A DNA stretch of 61,797 bases, counting the filler. It is 3 parts of 3 records of this genome, joined end to end, with 100 filler letters (N's around TTAATTAATTAA, not from the genome) between each part and the next. Parts side by side here need not be neighbours in the genome. Positions count along the whole stretch, not along the records: positions 1 to 27,316 come from DRR378314_1579; positions 27,417 to 46,245 come from DRR378314_1580; 1 more part is not named here. One strand, 5' to 3'. Below, piece by piece: positions 26,058 to 38,200 of this stretch (the stretch's first letter is position 1; every line of letters begins with the position of its first letter). Both the position numbers and the translations under genes were made by a program. The notes beneath the pieces were generated by a model that saw nothing but the letters and a program-made list of their open reading frames with translations, was not told where the DNA came from and did no database searches.

Positions 26058-27316
26058 ATGGACAACATTCGCAATGAAGCAGGATTTTTTAAGAAGAAAA
26101 TGTACATGTGGGCAAGGGTGTGTTCAAAGACAGCATACGAGGTGATGCAATGGCGTGCTTGCAGGGTGTGCGAGATTCCGCGGCTGCTCGCCTTCCCGTG
26201 CTCATCCGAATTGTATCCGCGCGAGGCCCGAGCGCCGACCCCGTGCGCCGTGCGCCACCTGCGCCGCGTATGTGTGCGCCTTGCAATCCAGTTTAACACG
26301 CAACTCCCTACCCGTTGATTCGTGTTGATCCGCACGTACGTTGCCCATCCAATCTTGTTACAGCTGATTCTCTTCGCGTCGGTCCTTCTTGTGGTACGTT
26401 CGAGGCGTGAGCCGCGCAAGGCGCAGCGCCGTCGAGCGCCTGGGAAGCACACCGGCAGTCCAGCGCGCAGCGAAGCGGCGAGCTTCCGGAACGGGGTACT
26501 GGGCCCTTACCTGCCGCACGGCGTTGACTCTACAATCCGCCCCGCTTGCTGCAGATTTCTTCTGCGTACGGATTAATCGAATATGAAACGAATGGAACAT
26601 TGTTTTGGAGCGCGCCGATCGCTTGGGTTGCATCTGCCGTTTGTGGCGTGGTCGGGTTCGCAGTGTACTTTTGGTTCTGGTACTACGACGAGATTACCGA
26701 TACGCACGTTCGTCTCGCGCAGGCGGTACGTTTTGTTGTTGTTTTACGTACAACGGCCTAGCTGCGCGCCTTCCAGCCGAGAGACAGCCAGAAACATCTC
26801 ATTCTGCTTTGCGATATAACTGCGCGAAGGAATGAAGCCCGGTTCCTAATGGGGATATGCGGCGCCGTGCCGGGATGTCTCGGTAGTTCCTCGTCGGGTC
26901 TACCGTTTGCTGCGCGGCGACGGTTGCGCTCGGCAATGCGCTTCGTTGTTTCCCTCCTTGCCTACGTCGGCGAGCATTGAATCTTGTCTGGGACGCGCTT
27001 TTCATCACGCGTGTTGCCGAAGTGGTAGATATCGTCTTTTGACGAAAAGCCGAAGCTGTGAGGCACTGATTCGGTACTTTATATCGGCAGCCGTGTTTCC
27101 GGAAATGGTGTTGTGCACGCTCGTCGCATCGCTTCCAACTTGCGGTTTGTTTGCTTTTCCAACTCGTAGTGCGACGCTTTTCGTTTTGCTCTCGAAACAG
27201 CCGCACTGAAGCGATAGTTTCAAGCGACAACGCGCGCTTTCCGCCATGCTACTTTGCTAGCTTCCCGTTAAGGCGATTGCTTAGTTCGCTGTTGGTGTTG
27301 TATTTGTTTTTTTTTT
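26058..27316 (+). CDS. Hypothetical multi-pass membrane protein, probably 3'-truncated by the gap
   Basis: Phase-0 exons MDNIRNEAGFFKKKMYMWAR|LILFASVLLV|ISSAYGLIEYETNGTLFWSAPIAWVASAVCGVVGFAVYFWFWYYDEITDTHVRLAQA| with canonical donors and two hydrophobic segments. Confidence 0.55.
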
Positions 27317-27416
27317 NNNNNNNNNNNNNNNNNNNNNNNNNNNNNNNNNNNNNNNNNNNNTTAATTAATTAANNNNNNNNNNNNNNNNNNNNNNNNNNNN
27401 NNNNNNNNNNNNNNNN
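27317..27416. other. Assembly linker (N44-TTAATTAATTAA-N44), not biological
   Basis: N runs flank a six-frame stop cassette. The structure is identical to that at 46246-46345. Confidence 0.97.
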
Positions 27417-27972
27417 AATGCCTTCGGCTCTAGCCAACGGATAGGTGTCGCAGTGATTCGATCATGGAGAGGGTACCCCAAAGATACACATTGGTTTTCA
27501 TGGACATCGTGATCCATGCTCGCTTGCTCGCCTTCGCAAAGTCGTTTTGCTTCAGAATACGGTACCCAAACTTGCTTGAGACCATCTCCCAATGACGTCT
27601 CTTGGCATCCGGACTCAGCGGGAGATCAGGCACCGGTCGATGACCAAGAACACAATAGCTTTTCGTACACGGGCGCGGGCTTGAGGAATTGAAAGTTTTG
27701 CTATAGATATGCTTCAGCACAGGATCGTCAAGGGAAACTTTGAACAAATCTGCATCCGGTACTTCAAATTTATCCACATACTCTACACTCAGTGACGCTG
27801 TTTTGATATCTTCCGATTTTCCTGACTGCTTTGGCCATTTTTCAGTAACAGCCTTCGAACTCCATCCCCAGCGGTAGCCATTGTTAAAAAGAATTGAAAA
27901 GCTGCAGACGAAAAGTACTGCAATAGGCAGAAAGGCGATCACTGGTACTTTGACACTTGAGAGCTTCTTCAT
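27417..27972 (-). CDS. Type II membrane protein, likely the first exon of a GT8-like glycosyltransferase (truncated by the gap)
   Basis: An N-terminal signal anchor (VIAFLPIAVLFVCSFSILF) and stem are followed by RAWITMSMKTNVYLWGTLSMIESLR, which resembles the GT8 'AYVTL..Y..G...SLR' N-terminal motif. The family call is by eye only. Confidence 0.45.
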
Positions 27973-30818
27973 AAGAACGCGTAAGAATCTGCAAGTAATG
28001 CCCCCCCAAAGCAGAGCATCATCTAATTAGCCTCGCCGAGTAACACAGGAGCGCCTGAAAAAATGGATAACAGAAAATGTCAAAACTTGCCGGCATGGCT
28101 GTAATAAAGGAAAAGAATATTTGTATAGAATTTGCGAAAGAATCACCTCATCGACGTAATCCAATGTGCTGCACGCAGACCAGGAACGGAGCCCTTCTTC
28201 CATAGGAGTGGAAATGCACCAAACCAAAAAAAAAAAATCAGCTCAATTCAGGCAGAAAAAAGCCGTAATCGGCTGCTTCTTGGCAAGAGCTGTGTAATCA
28301 AAAAGCACAGCCGAAACCAAGCAACGCTACTTGTACGGCACAACCATGGTTTTGGAGCGCATCAGTTATTCGGGAACTGGAGAACAGCACCCCGCGATTC
28401 TTCCATCGATTGGAAGCCTTCCTGTTCTACACTTTCGCACAATACACGGGCGACCTTGCGTATATTCACAGGCCATACAGGATCGTTGGATGTCCTACGC
28501 GTCGCAAAACAAGTGGGGCGCACAGTTGCTTCGCCTCGCCCGGAAAGAAAACTGGAGGCGCCAAAAGGCCGTCCTCTGTTCACCAACTGTGACTTCCGTC
28601 AGCGCAACGTAATGGCTCTCCATACGGAGCTTTGCACGCGCATAAAAGCTCTTACTTCACAGTATTGTCGTATTTGGCCATTACTACAGTTGGCTTCTGG
28701 ATGCAACCGACATAGGTTCACTGCTGCAAAAAAGAAAACAGCGAGATCTCTAACCCCAGCGTGAGCCTGTGCTGTGTGCGAGCATATATTTTTACCAACC
28801 CCGTGCAGCAGACATACGCGAACAAACAACCCCAAGATTTTGCTGACGCGTACAAAATCCTCAATGATACCTTCAACCCCGTGGCGGAAGGCGCGTCAGA
28901 AATCATATTGTCAAATGCAGAAACTTAAGCATACCGAAGAGGTGAAAAAGAATTTCTTGGAGGCGCCTTGTTCTAGACAGACGCCGCCAAACGGAAGACA
29001 CGTGCAATGGTGCGCCTAACCAACTGCAGCAACAAGCGACCGGCCCAGGAGCTGCTGAACGCGCCAGCCTACACCACGTCCGTGCACGCCCACTTGAAAA
29101 TTGGTGCTCTTCAGAAAGTAGCCCAAACTTCAGAAAATTCTTTTGCGAAAGGCTAATCTTGCTGTGGAATCACGTTTCGTTGCTGTTTTTACATTTGACG
29201 ATTTGCTGCACATTTCGCTCAGCGCTAACCCTGCAGTGCGTTGCTGCTAAAAATAAGCAGCAAAGAAGAACCAGCGCGCGTCAAACGCTCGCCAACAAGC
29301 GAGCACGTTCTGATGATGACGCAAGTAACTGCTACCACAAGCGGCATGACTCACAACTATGCACGCGCGTTACGAGCGAAACACCTGAAATAAAATATAC
29401 CACAGTACGCAAATCTTGCTGACTGTCTTATAGATGAAGTGTGTTCAATAAAATAAGTCCCTCGCGCACTCTCTATTTTCCCTCTAGTTTCTTTCTGCTT
29501 CGTACGCGCTGCTTCGCGCCTTGCTGTGTGAAGCGTGTCGGCGGGCACGCACCAGAAGTCTCTGCCGCACACAACACCACAAAAAGCCAACTCTGATAGA
29601 CAGACGCCTTCTCCTTCGAAGCCATTGAGTACAGAGATTCTAATCCCATATATCGATCAGTTGCGCATACAATGCTGCGTTCTAATCCGGCCTAAGACAT
29701 GTCTGCCGCAGGAGTAACCAAGCGCGCCAAGAAGGCAAGAGGAACGAGGAGGCAGTCACGAGCGGTGCTGCGCTTTCTCGTCCTTTCCTTCTGCATCTCT
29801 TCGCCAGCGCTACAGAGTCTTTCCTATATCCACGATAATGACAGAGCTATGAATTTTTCGTGGAAAACATTATTCTGGTCGCACAAATAAGGACACGAAG
29901 AGGAGCGCCCCACACGAGAACGAGGAGTAGACACCAGTCGCGGCGTGCCTGAGTGTAGCACGGTTAGGCCCCTTGCGTTCGCAGTTGTGCACCTCTTCAG
30001 GGCACCGCCAGTTTCGCTGAACTGCCCGCCGCAAAGACGAAGCGTGCAACTTTTGTTTGCTGCGAGTTGTAGGATCATTATGACCCAGTTCCTGCCATAA
30101 AGCTCGCTCATAGCGACCAAACAAACTCACCAACGAAAATTATGGGATATTATCGCGTTAAGATAGCGGATGAAAGGAAAACGGCAAAGAGAGCGAAAGA
30201 GCTGCGCGGAACTAAGCAGCCACCGGACCCTCCCCAGATGCAGATGCACTACGACGCACTCGAATACCTGCTTCGGACTGATTCTTCGCTCGCGACACGG
30301 CAAAGGGGAGGATAATATTTACCAACTTTTGTGCATCACCGCTGGTGTTGCCGATTCCATTTCTTAGAAAATGTTCCTCAAATCCTGCGCGACACGCCAG
30401 ACGCCCCAATGTAATAACAAAAAAGAGAGATGGCTGAGCCCCCTTCTTCTAAACGAAAATTGACATATTTGTTTGAGAATGAATGCTTTAGATAGCGGCG
30501 CAGCCGTCTATCCTTCAATTTAATTGGGGAGCTCTCTCTCCCTTCTTCAGGAAGTGCAGAGAGCTCCGCATTTACAAAAGCAACACGTTTCGAGCGCGAC
30601 GCAACAACGACGCTGGGATACCTAGCGTCTGTAAAGTGTGCACGCCAGTACAACCGACAGCCCTTCATCTTCTCGCCTCTACATTCGTGCACAAAGCGAA
30701 AAGATATTTAGGGTTCCTAACTCATGCAATTCTTTTTTCAGCGGGTCTTATTCGTTTGCACCCCAGTGTCGATAGCACAACGCACGTGCTTGGCCGCGCT
30801 GTAGTAGCAGCAGGTAGA

Positions 30819-31469
30819 CTACTTGCCAGCGGGAATGCTGCCGCTGAAGCTGTGGACGCGAGCAACCGCTGCGAGCTCTCTGTCCGCTGGGTCCGACCGT
30901 AGCTCTACCCGGTAGCCATGTACTCCCAACTTCGCATCAGTGCGCTCCAGAAGCACACGTACATGTGGTGGTTTTGCACAAAAAAGACGCCCAGCATTCA
31001 ACCGCCCCTGTATTGGTTCCTGCACAGCTCCCTTCCCAAGTTTATACGCGGCCGCGGGCACCCGGCATGCGCCGGCCATCCAGCGACACCGTGCGGACTC
31101 TCGCCTTCCCTTTCTCCAACGCGGAAACTGAAGCGTACACTTCAAAGTGCGCCCCGTGCAATAAATCCGCGCACCAGGCTTCGCCAGTACCATTGTTCAC
31201 AAAAAAACCTTTTGATTACTCACGCTGCGCTGTTCGAAGAGCGCGGGTGCTGCTACAGGAGTAGGCTCGCGCTCTTCGTTCCGTTTGCTGGCTTCGTCGA
31301 ATTCGGCGGCATGGTCGGACAGCCACACCCGAACCTTGGCAGGTAAGTTGGAGTTCCTGGCAGCCTCTGCTGCCGTGACCAATACAGTGGCGCCAGTGAG
31401 GGCGTATCCAATAGCTGCAGCGAGCTCGACGAGAGGACCGAAAAAAGGAACAACCAACGGATATGCCAT
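30819..31469 (-). CDS. Possible small hypothetical protein with a hydrophobic N-terminus
   Basis: MAYPLVVPFFGPLVELAAAIGYALTGATVLVTAAEAARNSNLPAKVRVWLSDHAAEFDE...EQRS followed by a gtgagt donor. Downstream exons are unresolved. Confidence 0.3.
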
Positions 31470-32815
31470 CAGACGGTATGGGCTGAACCAGCAAACCAAG
31501 GGGTGGACTCTGACTGCGAAGGATAGTCCGTGCACGGCTGCGTGTACCACGGCTACTCTTCCGGATGTTCGTGCTGCAGCGACTCCGTCCAGCGCAGAAG
31601 CACTGAGCTTGCACTCACGCCGCCTGAATTTGTGAGCGGGTGGGAAAGATTCTGCACGGTCCACCAAGCTCCCACGGCGAAAATCTGCAGCAGCTTCATT
31701 TTCGTTATTTGTCTGCCGGTAACGGCGCCACAGCAAAGGGCGTGCACGTTTGCCGCAAACAGCGCGCAAGGCCACAACACTAGCCGCAATGCGCTGTTCA
31801 TTGCCTGTGTGAGACCAGTGCACAAGGAGATGATGGGTTTAATAAGGGCTTGAAGCACAGGCTGCAACGGTTTGCGCTTTGCCGCGTGCACCTGCAGTGC
31901 CAGTGTAGTTTGCTGGCGACGCGGGAACGAAACACGCAGTGCATACAAGCTTCGGCCACAGTGGGCAACGCCCGCCAGTGCAATTACCAAAGACAAAGGC
32001 CACGTTCTCTCTATTATTCGTCCCGCACCTCACGGATTGTTAATATCAGAAATCGTTATGTGAACATGAGATCAGCGGTATGGATGCGCGAAATGGTCTG
32101 GCAGAGGTTCAGCGCCTCGACGCACTCTTTCTTTCCCGAATCGGCGACCTGCTTGCTTGCGCCGCAGGCAGCTGAGAGACACGCAAGCGTCCGCTGTGCG
32201 CAATAGGTAATTTCCATGGCGCTTCCTGGCGGCAACGTTTCTTCCCAGCAGACGATGTTCTCTGTCGTATGCCAAACCAATGCACCGAATCAGTAAAATA
32301 TAGGGCAAAACGGGGTCTCCGTACGATAAAGTACGTATTGAAGACGCGCAATTGGGGGAAAGCAGAGTGTACTTGCACGTGCGGGCCTCGCCAAGTCGTA
32401 ACGCTTCCAGCGCCAGCAGCCCAGCGCTGGCGTCCTGCGAATCTGGCGTGCAACTGTATTTGCTATCGGAGCACCGGCGCTCCATTGGAGAAGACCATTG
32501 CACCGGTATGAATCCTGCGACACCCATTCTACGCTCATATCGGCAAATTCTTTTTATCAAAGGAAAGACAAGCATAGATGGCACTCCAAGGACGCAACCA
32601 CACAGTCGATTGCCAGAGATGCACGAGTACTCGGCGTAAAGCCGGCGTCTCACCATTTCAGAACGCAGTGTCTTTGCAAAAACAATGTATACTGCGGAAA
32701 AAAAATCCCCTTGACCCTGTCGCATTCTTCCACCCTCGCACTGTATGTGCTCAGTCCCTCTTCTCGCCCCAAGAAAATGCGCTGACGGAAACAACGGCGT
32801 TGAATGCACACCCGA

Positions 32816-35118
32816 TCACTTCTCGCAGCTGTTGCGGTTTTCGGTTTCGCGACAGCGTCCACAGCGTTCCCCGGGACATGCCCCAAGCTCTTCTCGCGTA
32901 CGTCGATCAGTGTCCCCAGACACTGTTTTGATCTCTCTCTCCACTTTTTCGATATTCTGCCTCCAAACGGCAACCGCGTGCGTGGTTCGGACGGTGGCAG
33001 CATGCGCAACTTTGTCAATCTCGACAACTACGATGCCTAACACCTCTTTGTTGACCCCTGACCGTCCTGCAGTGCGCTTGAGTTCAATCAGGGCCTCCGC
33101 CAACCCAAAGTGACCCGGTGTGAACATATTCTGACTCGCCTCAGATACTGGAATGCTCTGGAGATTTTGCTTTGCAACCTGAAATACATTTTGTATCACT
33201 TCCGAAACTCGGTTTTCAAGGATTACGCATTCGCGCAAGATGCGTCTCGCGTCCTCTTGCACATCCCTTAGCTCGACAGCGAGCACTGCCGCTTCCGTCA
33301 CAGAGACTGCTCCTTTCCAAACGCTGCTCATTTCCGAGCTCTCTGATATTGCAGCATTACAGACCCGAGCAGCACTGTTTACTCGTTCATTACCCCGGTG
33401 TAAGGCTGTGCTCGGGCTTACACTATGGCAATCATCTCGATCCGCAAGGCTTGTTCCATCCATGTGGACGTTTCTGCCGTCACACGGCGCTGCGCTCCGG
33501 GCCGCTCGAGCGCCACGCCATTTCTGCACGATACGCTGAACTTCCTGCGCAAACTTGGCCCCAGACGAACTTAAATTGCGTGCTTCAATGACTAACGGTT
33601 CTAGCACTTCTTTGCTACGTAGCGCAAGATGAACCGCTTTCGAAAGGTCCGAGAAAGCACTGGTAAAGCCAGTAAGACTTTCGCGCAGGCAATCGCGATC
33701 CACGCCTCCTGCAAGCGCTGACGATTCGAGCGATTTGCGGAGCCTCTCCACCTCGTAGTGCACTTTGTCGACCCGATTGTCGTAATCAAACCGACGCAGG
33801 TCTCGTAGAATCGCAGCGCGAGTGTCTCCAACACAATGTATCATGGTAAGGGCCCTAAGCTGGGCAAGAATAGCGTCGATCGTCTCCTCTGCAACGTCCA
33901 GTTCATTCTCTGCAATCGCGCGCGCCTTCTGGGCGGCATACGCCTCAGCTGCATTTCTGACGGACGTGCCGCCTGGAGAGATATTCTCTGCGTAGAACTG
34001 CGAACGCGGAATACGGCTGGTAGCCCTTTTGATGCCTGCATTTCTGCTGTCTGGATTCAAGGAGTATCGCATCACCAACACATCGGTTTTCTCGTGCAGT
34101 CCACGATTCGATATCAGATGCACATCTTGCCAGCTAAGCACGAGCCTGAGTTTGCGTCCTGAAGCTCCCCAGTCGCGCGCCGCCCCCTTCGACAAACTAA
34201 AGTCTCGAGCGTCACAAACATATCGGCAAAGAATGCTAAACTGTTCGAAATAGGTTGCAAACCAGCTCGTGTGCGCGGGCCGGGTGTAGTTAGCACTCTG
34301 GATGGCATACACGCGCAGAGGCTCTTTCCTTTTTTCGCGGAAGAGAATACAAGATGGTACTGCCTCTTCGTTCGTCGTCTCGCCCAGCGCAGTGACAAAG
34401 GTAAAGCTGTCACTCAGGTTTACTAGCAGGCAAGTAGCTTCCGCGGATACCCATGCATCCCGCTTCCACGTCACCGGCAGAGCCCAAACGTACTGCAACA
34501 CATCGCGCTTTCGCTGATTAAACTGTTTCCAAGGTTCGCTCGCCATGCCGTTACAAAACCCAACGTTAAATTTTGGCCGCGCCACCTTGCTGGATGCAAA
34601 TATCGAACTTTGTATGCCTCCGCTAAGACAGATAGAGATATGGCTGCCGCTAATCCGGAGCAGAACCCAAAATACACGCTCCACGCGCGCCGAAGTCTTT
34701 CGAATGTTCCGTCTGAAAGTCCAAATTTCCAGCCCAGCTCCGCCAAAAGTAAGACGATAACAACGGACACGTACGATATCCCAGCAAGCAAGTACTGAAA
34801 AGCGATACTCTCTGCGCTCTTTTGCTCAAAGTCTTCTTCCGTGTCGCGCTCGGCAGGTCCTTGGTCTTTCTTGGCTCCCCAAGCGTATGCAGCAAATTTG
34901 AACGACACAAACACGTCCCACAAGAAGTAAAGGCCCGGAAATAGAACGAGAACGTATGACAACGAGTAGCGATCTGTCAAAATCGTATAAAAGTAGCCAG
35001 TGCTTTTCCAGCACAGAAACAGAAAGTGTTTGATGTACAAGGGAAGCGCAGCAAACTTGCCCGGAATGGAGGCTAATGAGATGCACGCGCTATGTTGGGA
35101 GGCCGGGTCAGGCTCCAT
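32816..35118 (-). CDS. Large orphan protein: multi-TM N-terminal ORF (34471-35118) overlapping a 622-codon ORF with a coiled-coil C-terminal half
   Basis: A 1.87-kb stop-free frame with protein-like helical composition lies next to an upstream ORF with 3-4 hydrophobic segments. The junction between the frames is unresolved, and the gene may continue 3' via a gtacg donor near 32900. Confidence 0.6.
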
Positions 35119-38100
35119 TGCTCAGAGAATGCCACCTCGGGGGGTGGGGGAGACCCACGACGCAGGACTGTGGATATCTCTCCATGGTGCCATTTTGGGA
35201 CTGAGCTAGGAGTTCTGCATGTAAAATATTCAACCTACTCTACAAGCTTGACACGGCGACAAAAACGTTGCCCTGGCAAGCTGCTTGCGGAACGAAAGAA
35301 AGCACCGCACACTCGCGCACCGGAGCTGTGGCAAGCGCTTTGCACACCGTCATAGTGCTCGAAAAGGCTGGATATTCCCTTAGAATACACTTGGATATAC
35401 ACGATTCAATAACCAACTCTGCACGACATTCTCAAAAAGGTGAACGGCAAAAGGGGCAAAAGCACACGAGCCAAACGCGAGACAATAAAGCGGACGGTGC
35501 GTGAAAGTTCCTTCGAGGCAAGGCAAGATGTCTTCTTTCGCGCGCTCCTAGCTGCTGTGCTGGGTGCCAATGACAGCTCCGTGGCTCACCGAGCTCGAAT
35601 ACAAATCAACGTTATGAGCTCGCTCTTGAGAAAGAAAATTTGCGATGCAGCCTTTCCCAAGAGCACCTCACATATATGCTCAGCGCACACTGAAGGGGAA
35701 ACCGAGAGTAGGAAAATCTTCCATGCAAAGCACCCCGGAGAGATGTCATGCGAGCTCTGACATTTTGTGGTCACACAAGAAGAATCCAACGCTGCTAATG
35801 TGCAACTAAATATACCGCCAAGTAGAATCTTAGCAAATGTAAAACTAACAAACGAAATCCATTTCTTCAAACACTGTTTATGGTTTGCCAGCAGTGTCAG
35901 ATGTCAGATTGCCTTGTCACGCGTAAGCAGTAGCGCACATGCGGCTCACTGCGGCGGAACAGCGACGTGTACACAAGGTGCTACAGCGAGGTAGAAGAGA
36001 GCAGGGTGGTGCGTCGTGCCTCGGCTCCTTTGACGGATGCGCATGCACTAGAATTATACCTTGCAAATTGCTAGCAGTGAAATCAACTGTAAAAGTGGTT
36101 CGTCCGTGACAGGACGGGTAACCGGTGCGTATGTATGTGCTCAGCCTTACCCCATGCAGAGGAGCTACGCCGCGCTACAATGAGTACAACGCAACATGCA
36201 GCACGTGTCTGGCAAGGGATCGACACGGTTCCATCGATCCTTCCGGCTAGGTGTAACGCTACGCTGCAGACGAGTGCTGAACGAGTCTAACCCTGACTTG
36301 AGAAGGATGTTCGAAATGAGTGCTGACGCGCCCGTCTGGCCATGCGCACTGGAAAGCTGATCTGTCAAGCGAATGCGCGTTTGCGCGCGGTGCAGTATCC
36401 GTTCCAGGAACGACGCCCGCGCAACAGAGCTGCCTTGCATTGTACAAAGCTTCTCCTCTTTGGAGCTGTAACAATCGCGAATCAAGCAGTGCTCCGCACT
36501 GTTACGTTGAGAGAATGACTGCGCGTTGCAAGTCACCTTGCAGCGTTCGTCTCTTCGGGACGCCTCGAGAGGAGAGCCTCCGGTCGTGAAGCCTCGCTGC
36601 GCCCGCTACTCTTTCAACATCGACAGCAGCCATGTGCGAAGTAAGAACATATGTTATATCTCAAAAGTAGTTGATAGTGGCGGACAAACAAACTCTTGTA
36701 GACGGAGGGAGTCCAAGCGGTGCAACACTTACGGCGGTGCCCAAGGTTATGCACGCCCCTCTCCCTCTCTTCCGCAGTTGCTGGCAAAGTGTCCGAAAAT
36801 GCTCGAGAGCCTCGGCAAACGGGAGGATTGCGACTTGCTGAGAAATTATGCTTGGGGCAGCAGTTCCTTGTCACAACACTCTAGCGCTCCATTCTTCCAA
36901 CATTCTGTACACGGGGTTGTAGGACCATGTAGCCATAGTGTAAATATATGATCTAATTCCGCGGCATTACTTTCCATGTGCGTTGCCAAGCCACAAAACC
37001 AAACCGTCGCAGGCAGCACTGTGTTTCACCTTGCAAATCAGAGACAAAGCGATAGCTATCCCCCCCCCAAAGGTAGCAATATTACACGCGTAGGCACCGC
37101 TTTTGAGCTGACCTGCCAATTTCTTCGATGTGGAAGCGGTAATTTCTACACAATACCACTGAGCGACTGCCAATAGCCCTTTCCCGTGCGTTGAGAGTGC
37201 GCCGTTGTCCTTTTCAGCAAGCCAATGGCACCAATACTGCTACTGACGCCCTTTGAGCCCGCGCAGGCTACGGTCTTCGTTGTCCGTTGCCACAACACAG
37301 ACGCATGGGTTAGGGTTGCACCGAGCTCATTTCCTTCTCGGGCCACTTGCTTTTAACATTCACCGATCCAAATTAAAATCTTGACCGTGCATTCCAACAA
37401 GCAGTCGCGGGTTAGCAGATCTTTTTTCCCGATGCGATGCGGGCCAACTCTTCTTGCCTTGCGCACTCCTGTTCTCCCTTGGCAAGGACAAATACTCGAA
37501 AGCGGCAACGAAGGTTTGCCTCACAGGATCCTGAGCATTCGACTTCTTTCAATCCAGTGAACAACTCATCATGACACGTGCATAGCCAATCTTGCAATGT
37601 GCCCATTCGTGCACGTATCCAATCAGCAAGGGCGCCCATTGACGATGATACGCATATCGCATGCTCCAGTCAAACAGTGTAGGGGAGTCTAGGCTCGCTC
37701 GAGCTCCAAACCTATGGCTGAAAGCGCCCTCTGCGCACACCACTCCCTCAGTCGGGGGGGGGGCAATACCAGACCCGCGCTCTGATAGTCAATGAAGAGC
37801 AGCCAGTGCCCTTAAGACGCCCCGTTCCTTCACTGGGGCGAAACCAGACGCTCGCACCAGTTCCAGACCAAGAGTAGAACACGCCCTCTGCATCTCCCGT
37901 TCTCGCGGTGGACGAAACTATAGGCTCGCTCGAGCCCCAAGCCACGAGCAGCCAGTGTCCTCTGTATCCCCCCCCCCCAATCCTTTACGAAGCGAAAGCA
38001 AAGGCTCGCTCACGCTCCGTACCAAGAGCAAACAGGCGCTCTTTGCATGCTCCATTCATTCAATGCTCAAATCACATGCTCGCTCACGCTCCACGCGAAG

Positions 38101-38200
38101 AGCAAATACACATCCCTGCTTCAGCGGAGACACTAGCTATCTGTGCAAGCTTCACAAATCCGCTCGCGATTCCGCAATCGATGCCCGAAAGGGGAGTGCT

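Noticed and set aside
27361..27372. Repeated palindrome TTAATTAATTAA (also 46290-46301)
   Set aside because: It is an artificial contig-joining cassette between N runs.
33800..33960. Helical segment of the orphan ORF reminiscent of a histidine-kinase dimerisation linker
   Set aside because: There is no H-box (SHELRTP) or HATPase N/G boxes.
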